Below are positions 8,237-15,564 of a DNA stretch of 64,000 nt, piece by piece. Position 1 is the first letter of the stretch; every line of letters begins with the position of its first letter. The notes beneath the pieces are model-generated. The model saw only the letters and a program-made list of their open reading frames with translations. It did not search any database and was not told the origin of the DNA. The translations under genes and the position numbers were made by a program. Source of the stretch: an uncultured Gemmatimonadaceae bacterium (lineage in GTDB: Bacteria; Gemmatimonadota; Gemmatimonadetes; Gemmatimonadales; GWC2-71-9); the NCBI GenBank assembly GCA_964596925.1, contig CAZQWQ010000040.1:65469-129468 (forward strand). Direction: 5' to 3'.

Positions 8237-9225
8237 CAGAGCCACGTCGCGCCCAACGCGACCACCACCGCCACGTGAATGAGCACGGCCACGAGGGCGG
8301 CAATCGCCACTGGGCGATGGGCCACATGCCAGAAGCGGAATACGGCGTGCGTGGCGTCGAGCATCCGCGTTTGTTGGGTGAGGGCCATCTCGCGCCGAGC
8401 GAGCCGCTGCACCCACCGCAACACCTGGTGGTCCTGCTTGCGGCGGTGTGGCCCGCCGCGCTCGTAGAGGAGGCGCAGTCGCTGCGTGGCCCGGCGGCGG
8501 GCGAGGTCGTCCGAAACGAGGCGCATCAGCGTGCCCCACAGGCCCTGCCGGACGACCGGGGCCCGGTCGGACGTCAGCGTCCGCTCGATCAGCTCCACGT
8601 CGAGCCCGGTAGTCTTGGCGATCTGCTCGAGCAGCGCCTGCCGCCGCGTCGCGATTTCGTCGAGCGTGAGCTCGATGCCGGCCTTGCTCCGGGGAATGCG
8701 CGCGTAGAGGTATCGTCCCACGATGCCGCTCGACCATACGACCATCATCGACCAGAAACCGAGTCCAATGAGACCCTCGAACCGCCAGGCGGCGTGGATT
8801 GCCACGAGGAGTGGAAGCACCAGCGCGGCGAGCACATGGACGTCGAGCCAGCGCGCGATGGTGCCGGTCCAGGCGAGCCACCGCGCCCGTTTGCGGATCG
8901 GGTACAGCCAGAGAAACAGGAAGATCGCGACGGCGACGAGCCCGGCGCTCTGGCCGACGTATCCCGACGGGCGGAGCCAGGGATGCAGGTAATGGCGCAC
9001 ACGCTCGGCGATCGGCAGGGTATAGTACGGGAGCCCGAGCAGGCAGATCGCCGCCAAGAGCGCGAAGACGACGAGCAGCAGGCGGCGCGACGCTCGGGGT
9101 TGCTGCCGCGGCGCGGGGAGAGACGGGCGTGGGCGCGACACATGGACACGGACCGGACCGCCGGGCTCCACGGGCTCCGGCCGTGGTCGCGACGGAGACG
9201 CGGACACGAGATCTGCTTCACGCAT
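8233..9225 (-). CDS. Polytopic inner-membrane protein with two H-x13-H transmembrane helices (candidate di-heme b-type cytochrome)
   Basis: 330 aa with about 5 hydrophobic helices. One helix is LDVHVLAALVLPLLVAIHAAW (H-x13-H) and the last is WHVAHRPVAIAALVAVLIHVAVV (H-x13-H). A ~110-aa charged loop lies between helix 4 and helix 5. Translationally coupled to the 23-heme gene. Confidence 0.6.
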   Translation of the reverse strand: MREADLVSASPSRPRPEPVEPGGPVRVHVSRPRPSLPAPRQQPRASRRLLLVVFALLAAICLLGLPYYTLPIAERVRHYLHPWLRPSGYVGQSAGLVAVAIFLFLWLYPIRKRARWLAWTGTIARWLDVHVLAALVLPLLVAIHAAWRFEGLIGLGFWSMMVVWSSGIVGRYLYARIPRSKAGIELTLDEIATRRQALLEQIAKTTGLDVELIERTLTSDRAPVVRQGLWGTLMRLVSDDLARRRATQRLRLLYERGGPHRRKQDHQVLRWVQRLARREMALTQQTRMLDATHAVFRFWHVAHRPVAIAALVAVLIHVAVVVALGATWLW

Positions 9226-9442
9226 AGCGGCCTTCTATGCCTCGTCGGGCGAGGGCCTGTCGGTGATGGAAGCCACGCCGACGCGGGTTACGCGCGAGCC
9301 GGGTTGCGCGACGCGACCTCGGCAGGGCATGGTACCTGCGACTCAAGTTTCGTACGGCACTGTCGACTCGGGGTTCGAGCGCCCAACCGACGGCCACGTA
9401 ACGTGTTGGCGCGTGGCCGGCGTCACTGGCCACACGACTCCC

Positions 9443-9468
9443 TGCGCCATTCTACATCACGTGGCGCA
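9443..9468. promoter_or_regulatory. Inverted repeat TGCGCCA-N12-TGGCGCA in the divergent intergenic region of the cytochrome / FeS-flavoprotein cluster
   Basis: The 7-bp arms lie at 9443-9449 and 9462-9468, about 45 nt upstream of the 9510 ATG. Candidate operator only. Confidence 0.25.
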
Positions 9469-9509
9469 TTCTGCGACAGGGGGCGGCCGCCATAATCTAT
9501 GAAGGAGCG

Positions 9510-10856
9510 ATGGACAGCATTCTGATTTACCTCGTGTTCGCGGTCATCCTCTGCGTGCCGGTCGTGTCACACCTGCGGCGCATGCGGAAAAAGGAGGCCG
9601 CGGCACTCGCCGCCGCCAAGCGGTCGCGGTTGTCGACCGAGGGCCCCAGGGCCCAGCACCCGCGCATCGACGTGAACCACTGCATCGGCTGCGGCGCGTG
9701 TGTGGTGGTGTGCCCGGAGGGCGACGTCCTGGCGGTGATCGCCGGAAAAGCGGCGATCGTGAACGGCCACAAGTGCATCGGGCATGGGCTGTGCGCCGAG
9801 GCCTGCCCGGTCGGCGCGATCGAGATCGTGATGGCGAATCCCAGTATCGCCGCCGACCTGCCGTGCCTCTCTCGAGAGTTCGAAACGAACGTGCCCAACC
9901 TGTTCGTCGTCGGCGAGCTTGGCGGGCTCGCGTTGATCAAGAATGCCGTCAATCAGGGACGCGACTGTATCGACACGATCGCCGCCCGGCTCACCCGCTC
10001 CCGACCCGCAGCCGGGGCACCGGGCGTTCGGGACGTGATGATCGTCGGCGCCGGCCCGGGCGGCATCAGCGCTTCGCTGCGTGCCGTCGAGCGCAAATTG
10101 AGCTACGTCACGTTCGAGCAGGATGAATTCGGCGGGACCGTCGCGAAATACCCGCGCCAGAAACTCGTGCTGACGAGCCCTGTGGAATTTCCGCTGTACG
10201 GCAAATTCAAGAAGCTCCAGTTGTCCAAGGAAGAGTTGCTGCGTTTCTGGCACAAAGTCCACAAGGAGTCCGGCCTCGCGGTGCAAACCGGCGAGAAGGT
10301 CGAGAGCATCCACAAGGGGGACGACGGCGTGTTCATGATTGCCACCGCCCGGGGCCGCTACCGTGCGCGAGCGGTGATCCTCGCTCTCGGACGTCGCGGC
10401 AGCCCTCGCAAGCTGGAGATCCCGGGCGAGGCGTTGCCGAAAGTGATGTACAGTCTGTTGGACGCGGAGGCCTATACTGGCGCGCGGATCCTCGTCGTGG
10501 GCGGCGGGGACAGCGCCGTGGAAACTGCCCTGGGCCTGGCCCACCAGCGCGGCAACACGGTCACCTTGTCTTATCGCAAAGAAGCATTCAGTCGCATCAA
10601 GGAGCGTAACACGCAGCGTCTCAACGAGTATGTCAAGAAGGGCCGACTCACGGTGATCTTCAACTCGCAACCCGTCGAGATCCGAGAGCAGTCAGTCGTC
10701 CTCGAGGTGGCGGGTCAGACCCGAGAGCTGGCCAATGACTATGTGTGGGTGTTGGTGGGCAGCCTGCCGCCGAACGAGTTCCTCCACCAGGCGGGCGTCC
10801 AGCTAGGAACGCACGATCTCACCGCAGCAGCGCGTGCCGCCGCACAGTCCGCGTAA
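9510..10856 (+). CDS. Membrane-anchored 2x[4Fe-4S]-ferredoxin domain fused to an FAD/NAD(P)-dependent pyridine-nucleotide oxidoreductase domain
   Basis: GAAGGAG RBS upstream of the ATG. N-terminal TM helix ILIYLVFAVILCVPVV. Cluster motifs CIGCGACVVVCP and CIGHGLCAEACP. Two dinucleotide folds, VMIVGAGPGGISASL and ILVVGGGDSAVETAL. No CxxC redox-disulfide motif seen. Confidence 0.85.
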   Translation: MDSILIYLVFAVILCVPVVSHLRRMRKKEAAALAAAKRSRLSTEGPRAQHPRIDVNHCIGCGACVVVCPEGDVLAVIAGKAAIVNGHKCIGHGLCAEACPVGAIEIVMANPSIAADLPCLSREFETNVPNLFVVGELGGLALIKNAVNQGRDCIDTIAARLTRSRPAAGAPGVRDVMIVGAGPGGISASLRAVERKLSYVTFEQDEFGGTVAKYPRQKLVLTSPVEFPLYGKFKKLQLSKEELLRFWHKVHKESGLAVQTGEKVESIHKGDDGVFMIATARGRYRARAVILALGRRGSPRKLEIPGEALPKVMYSLLDAEAYTGARILVVGGGDSAVETALGLAHQRGNTVTLSYRKEAFSRIKERNTQRLNEYVKKGRLTVIFNSQPVEIREQSVVLEVAGQTRELANDYVWVLVGSLPPNEFLHQAGVQLGTHDLTAAARAAAQSA

Positions 10857-10921
10857 CTGCGTCGAAAGCAGACCTGGTGCGCGGGAGCCGGCGAGGGCCT
10901 CCGGGGTAAAGGGCTCATCCC

Positions 10922-11302
10922 TCAGGTCGCTGCGTCCCCCGGCAGCACGGCGCGCACGACTTCCAGCAGCTCGTCCTTGGCGAACGGCTTGCTCAGGGTG
11001 CGAGTCGCGCCCAACGCCGCGGCGACCGCGTTCAAGTCACCGGGGCCGGCGCGGAGGCCGCCGGACATGGTGATGATCTTGACCGCCGGCCATTCGCGAC
11101 GCAGGCGCCGGATGGTGGCGATTCCGTCCTGGCCCGGCATGTAGATGTCGGTCAGCACCAGGTCCACCGCTGCGTCGCGCATCAGCCGAATCCCCGCCTC
11201 GCCCTCGCCCGCTTCGAGCACCTCGTACCCGGCGCGCTCGAGGATGCGGCGCGCGACCCCGCGGATAGCCGCGTCGTCATCGATCAGCAGAATGCGTTGC
11301 AC
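10922..11302 (-). CDS. Single-domain response regulator (CheY-like receiver)
   Basis: GTG at 11302 is preceded by GAGGGGGAC and lies 8 nt after the upstream stop. Receiver motifs ILLIDDD...LVLTDIYMPGQDG...KIITMSG...LSKPF. Confidence 0.85.
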   Translation of the reverse strand: MQRILLIDDDAAIRGVARRILERAGYEVLEAGEGEAGIRLMRDAAVDLVLTDIYMPGQDGIATIRRLRREWPAVKIITMSGGLRAGPGDLNAVAAALGATRTLSKPFAKDELLEVVRAVLPGDAAT

Positions 11303-11309
11303 GTCCCCC

Positions 11310-12653
11310 TCACACCCCCGCCTCGGCTTCCCACACCTGCGCGCAAGTGGGGCAGAACCCGTGACTGAACTCGGCCTCCGAATGATCCCGGACGTAGGAC
11401 TCGATCTGCTGCCACGTCCCCTCGTCATTGAGCACCTTCCGGCAGTTGGAGCACACCGTCACCAGCCCGCGCAGCGTCTTGACCTCGTGCAACGCCGCCT
11501 GCAGCTCGTGCAGCATGGTCTGGAGCTTCTCTTCGGCGCGCTTGCGGGCCGTGATGTCGCGACCGGCGCCGAACACCCCGGTGATCTTGCCGGTCCCATC
11601 CTTGATGGCGCCCTTGGTGAACAGCAGCGTGCGGGTCTCCCCCGCCACCTCTGTGCTTTCCTCGGAGGTCTCGTTCTGACCTGACTCCGCGATCCGCTGG
11701 TCTACCTCGACCATTCGCTGGGCCAGCCCTGGGGCAAACAGCTCGGCATCCGTCTGGCCCATCATCTCCTCCGGCGCCCGCCGCAGAATCTCGGACGTGA
11801 CCCTGCTTACGAGGAGGTAGCGCCCGGTCAGATCCTTGGCGAAGATCACTTCCCCGCTGCCCTCGACCACCGCCGTCAGGAGTTCCCGGCCCTGGCGCAC
11901 GGCGTGATGCATCGCCGCGAAGCGGCGATCGATGACCGACGTGGAAATGGCGACGGCCATGGCCAGGAGGGTGCCGGCGCCGATCGCGTAGGCGCCCAGG
12001 ATGCCAATGCCGATCGTTTGCGCGGCGTTCACCGGCACGTCCGACCCGCTGAACGTCGCCGCCGCCATGCCGGTGTAGTGCATGCACGGCACCGCGGCCC
12101 CCATGAGCAGGGCGCTCCCGGCCTTGCGCCAGCCCCAGGCTTCCCGGCCGGCATGGCCGTAGCGGAACGCGAGCCACAGGGCGACGGCGGACACCACGAT
12201 CGCGATGATCACCGAGAGCGTGACGAGAACGGCGTTCCAGTGCATCTCGGCTGGGAGGCGCATCGCCGCCATCCCGGTGTAGTGCATCGTCGCGATCCCG
12301 GAGCCCATCACGAGACTGCCGGCGATGGTGCGTCCCACGCTGAGCCGCTCCCGACTGGCGACGTAGAGCGCCACGGCGGACGCGAACATCGCGGCGACGA
12401 GCGATAACGCGACGGTGGGGATGTGGTCCCGCACCGGGACCGGCAACCGGAACGCCAGCATGCCGGTGTAGTGCATGGACCAGATGCCGAGGCCCATGGC
12501 GCACGCTCCACCTGCGAGCCAGAGGGCCCGAGCGCGCCCGCTCGCGGCCGTGACGCGGCCGGCGAGATCGAGCGCGGCGCCGGCGGCCAGCACGGCGATC
12601 ACTACGGACAGCGCCACGAGGCGCGGATCGTAGCTGCCGGCCAGCGCGGTCAC
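11310..12653 (-). CDS. MHYT-domain membrane sensor with PAS domain and C-terminal CxxC-x29-CxxC tail
   Basis: Three MHYTGM motifs sit in successive TM helix pairs (the MHYT domain). These are followed by a PAS-like region (VIFAKDLTGRYLLVS...DAELF...KDGTGKITGVFGAGRDITARKRAEE). The tail is TLRGLVTVCSNCRKVLNDEGTWQQIESYVRDHSEAEFSHGFCPTC. The GTG start overlaps the upstream stop (GTGA). Confidence 0.85.
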   Translation of the reverse strand: MTALAGSYDPRLVALSVVIAVLAAGAALDLAGRVTAASGRARALWLAGGACAMGLGIWSMHYTGMLAFRLPVPVRDHIPTVALSLVAAMFASAVALYVASRERLSVGRTIAGSLVMGSGIATMHYTGMAAMRLPAEMHWNAVLVTLSVIIAIVVSAVALWLAFRYGHAGREAWGWRKAGSALLMGAAVPCMHYTGMAAATFSGSDVPVNAAQTIGIGILGAYAIGAGTLLAMAVAISTSVIDRRFAAMHHAVRQGRELLTAVVEGSGEVIFAKDLTGRYLLVSRVTSEILRRAPEEMMGQTDAELFAPGLAQRMVEVDQRIAESGQNETSEESTEVAGETRTLLFTKGAIKDGTGKITGVFGAGRDITARKRAEEKLQTMLHELQAALHEVKTLRGLVTVCSNCRKVLNDEGTWQQIESYVRDHSEAEFSHGFCPTCAQVWEAEAGV

Positions 12654-15175
12654 GAGGCGTCCAGCACTTCGCGCACTTTGCGCATCAACGCGGTCGGGGT
12701 GAACGGCTTCTGCAAAAAGGCCAGCCCCGGCTCGAGCACGCCGTGGCTCGCCATCGCGTCGTCTGTGTAGCCCGACATGTAGAGCACCCGCGTTTCCGGC
12801 CGCAGCTCGGCCAGGCCCAGCGCCAGGTCGCGACCGCTTTTCCCCGGCATCACGACGTCGGTGAGGAGGAGGTGCACCGCGCTGATGTGATCGTGGGCAA
12901 TTGCCAGGGCCTCGTCCGCGTTCTGGGCCACCAGCACCCGATACCCGTGTCGCTGCAGCAGTCCCGTTACCAGCGGGCGCAGCATCGCGTCGTCCTCGGC
13001 CACGAGCACGGTCTCCGTCCCCGTGAGCGTCGCCGCGGGCTCGGCGGCGACGGCGAGCCCATCGGCCGGCGCGTCCACCGCCGGCAGGCAGATCGTGAAC
13101 GTCGCGCCCCGTCCCGGCTCGCTCTCAACCCGAATGTACCCCTCCGACTGGTGCACGATTCCATACACGGTCGAGAGGCCAAGCCCCGTGCCCAGCCCCT
13201 GTTCCTTGGTCGTGAAGAAGGGCTCGAAGATGCGAGCTTGCGTCTCGGCATCCATCCCGCTGCCCGTGTCGCTCACCGACAGCAGCACGTACTTTCCCGG
13301 CACGACCGGCTCGCGCGGCGGCCCGTGCGGCCCGGGCAGCTCGACCGGCGCGGTTTCGATCCGGAGCGTGCCGCCGGTCGGCATGGCGTCGCGAGCGTTG
13401 ACCACGAGGTTCATGAGGACCTGTTGCAGCTGGCCGGGATCGGCGCACACGTTGCCGGCGTCGGGGTGCAGCTTCAGGCGCAGCTCCACGTCTTCGCCGA
13501 TGAGGCGTACCAGCATCTTCCTCAAGTCCTCGACCAGGTCGTTGACGGTCAGGACGGCGGTCTGGAGCAGCTGGTGGCGGCTGAACGCGAGCAGCTGCTT
13601 GGTGAGCGAGGCCGCCTGGGTCGTCGCCTTCCGGACCTCGGCCAGATCCTGACGGGCGCGGCCCTCCTCGGGCAGGTCGTCGCTCATCAGATCCACGTAG
13701 CCGAGGATGACGGTCAGCAGGTTGTTGAAGTCATGCGCCACCCCGCCCGCCAGCCGCCCCACCGCCTCCATCTTCTGTGCCTGGCGGGCCTGCTCCTGGA
13801 TCTGCGTGAAGGCAAGCGCGTTGCCGAGCTGAGTGCCGACGACGCGGGCGAAGGTGAGCCATTCTTCTGTGTCGAGGCCTGCTCTATCGGACCCCATCAC
13901 CAGTGCGCCCATCGGCAGCCCATCCCCGGGGATCCTCGCGATCACGAGCCCCGCGACGCCCGACCGTTCCAAGATCTCGCGACCGGCGGTCTCGGGGACG
14001 GCGGCCGACGGGAGCGCCAACGCGGCGTGCGCGGTGATGAGCTGATCGAGCAGGTCGGGATGGCCAAAGAACATTTCCACCAGGGCGCGACGCACGCCGG
14101 CAAAACCGATGGACGCCCGGAGCGACAGGGCACCTCCGGGGTTCCTTAGGTATAGGGCGCCCTCCGAGACGCCACCGGCCTCGAGACAGCGGGCGAGAAC
14201 CTCCTCGACAGCCTGATTCGAGTCGGCCGTCCGGACCAGTACGCGGGAGATACCGTCGATCGCCGCCACCTGCGCCGCCAGAGCCGCGTTGCGCTGGGCG
14301 AGCGTCGCCGTCATGGCCAGCTGGCGCTCGAGCTGGTGCACCACCCGCTGGAGATGCGCGGTCGTCGTGTGCTCGTGCACGATGACCCGGGGCGCGACCC
14401 GCTCGGGGGAGCGGCTGGTCTCGAGCGCGGCAATCACCGCGCCCAGATCGGGGGTACGAGTCACGAGCGCGTCGGCGCCCATTTTGACCGCCAGGTCGCG
14501 GTCCTCCTGCTCGACGTAGGCCGAGGAGGCGAGCACCACCGGCAGGTGCGCCAGGCGAGGATCCTGACGCACGGCGCGGCACAGTCCATAGCCATCCAGT
14601 TTCGGCATCAGGACGTCACTGAGGATGGCGTCGGGTGGATTGTGGCGCGCGCGGGCGAGCGCGTCTTCCCCATCTACGGCAGTTTCCACGGCGTAGCCCG
14701 CGTCGGAGAGCCGACGGACCGTCAACTTGCGTTGGATCGGCTCGTCGTCGGCGACCAGGATGCGACCCCGCGAGCCGGAGGATTCCGCGCTCTCCGGCGC
14801 GGCCGGCAAGTGGGCGCGGATCGCCTCCAGCAGCCGCGATGGCGCGACGGGCTTGGCCAGGAACTCGTGGAACAGGACCGCCGCGATCCGTTTCTCCTCG
14901 TCCCGCGTGAGCATCCCGGACATCGCGATGATGGGAATATCCGCGCATTGCGGCAGGGCACGCAGCCGTTCCGCCAGGTCGAACCCGCTCATGCCCGGCA
15001 GACGCACATCCTGGACGATGAGCGCTGGCGGGTCGCCGGCGGCCGCCTCGAGCGCCTCGCGACCGTCGCCCGCCTCTCGCACCACGTAGCCCGCGCCTTC
15101 CAAAGTGACGCGGAGCATCTTCCGAATAATCGGATTGTCCTCAACCACGAGGATGGTCAATTGGCGGTCGCTCAC
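12650..15175 (-). CDS. Hybrid sensor histidine kinase (REC-REC-GAF-like-HisKA-HATPase-REC)
   Basis: GTG at 15175 forms a GTGA overlap with the upstream RR stop. Two N-terminal receivers (ILVVEDNP...[10 protein letters not shown] and ILVADDEP...[10 protein letters not shown]). H-box [14 protein letters not shown]-boxes DTGSGM/GTGLGLS, and a C-terminal receiver (VLVAEDD...[10 protein letters not shown]). Confidence 0.85.
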   Translation of the reverse strand: MSDRQLTILVVEDNPIIRKMLRVTLEGAGYVVREAGDGREALEAAAGDPPALIVQDVRLPGMSGFDLAERLRALPQCADIPIIAMSGMLTRDEEKRIAAVLFHEFLAKPVAPSRLLEAIRAHLPAAPESAESSGSRGRILVADDEPIQRKLTVRRLSDAGYAVETAVDGEDALARARHNPPDAILSDVLMPKLDGYGLCRAVRQDPRLAHLPVVLASSAYVEQEDRDLAVKMGADALVTRTPDLGAVIAALETSRSPERVAPRVIVHEHTTTAHLQRVVHQLERQLAMTATLAQRNAALAAQVAAIDGISRVLVRTADSNQAVEEVLARCLEAGGVSEGALYLRNPGGALSLRASIGFAGVRRALVEMFFGHPDLLDQLITAHAALALPSAAVPETAGREILERSGVAGLVIARIPGDGLPMGALVMGSDRAGLDTEEWLTFARVVGTQLGNALAFTQIQEQARQAQKMEAVGRLAGGVAHDFNNLLTVILGYVDLMSDDLPEEGRARQDLAEVRKATTQAASLTKQLLAFSRHQLLQTAVLTVNDLVEDLRKMLVRLIGEDVELRLKLHPDAGNVCADPGQLQQVLMNLVVNARDAMPTGGTLRIETAPVELPGPHGPPREPVVPGKYVLLSVSDTGSGMDAETQARIFEPFFTTKEQGLGTGLGLSTVYGIVHQSEGYIRVESEPGRGATFTICLPAVDAPADGLAVAAEPAATLTGTETVLVAEDDAMLRPLVTGLLQRHGYRVLVAQNADEALAIAHDHISAVHLLLTDVVMPGKSGRDLALGLAELRPETRVLYMSGYTDDAMASHGVLEPGLAFLQKPFTPTALMRKVREVLDAS

Positions 15176-15564
15176 GCCGCACCTCCGCGCGCAGCGCCGT
15201 CCAGATGGGAGGCGACGATCCCCGGCAGCGTGCGCGTGTTGAGCGGCTTCGCGATGTACCCATCGCACCCAGCGGCCAGGATGCGCTCTTCGTCGCCCTT
15301 CATCGCGTAGGCGGTCAGACCCAGGATGATGATGTCCCGCGTCGAGGGGGTGGCCTTGAGCTGCCGGGTCAGGCTGAGCCCGTCCATCCCGGGGAGCTGG
15401 ACATCCATGAGGATGAGCCGGGGATGGAATTCCTTGAGGAGGGCGAGGGCCTCGTCCGCGTCCTCTGCCGTGCGAACGTCGTAGCCCTCGGCGGCGAGCA
15501 GCACCCGGGCGAGCTTCAGGTTCATTGGGTTGTCGTCCACGATGAGGATCGGCTCACCGGACAC
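15172..15564 (-). CDS. Single-domain response regulator
   Basis: 130 aa. Motifs ILIVDDNPMNLKL...ILMDVQLPGMDG...GLTAYAMKGDEE...GYIAKP. Confidence 0.9.
   Translation of the reverse strand: MSGEPILIVDDNPMNLKLARVLLAAEGYDVRTAEDADEALALLKEFHPRLILMDVQLPGMDGLSLTRQLKATPSTRDIIILGLTAYAMKGDEERILAAGCDGYIAKPLNTRTLPGIVASHLDGAARGGAA

Noticed and set aside
6227-8278. 683-aa plus-strand ORF, plus several 100-450-aa ORFs across 4.1-8.9 kb
   Set aside because: These are antisense or out of frame relative to the two cytochrome genes. The cytochrome frames are validated by 39 regularly spaced CxxCH motifs. The alternative frames give Arg/Pro/Gly-rich nonsense.
10857-10921. Possible bidirectional terminator between the convergent flavoprotein and response-regulator genes
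   Set aside because: Only weak, imperfect GC-rich complementarity (GGAGCC...GGCCTCC) and no U-tract. This is not enough to call.
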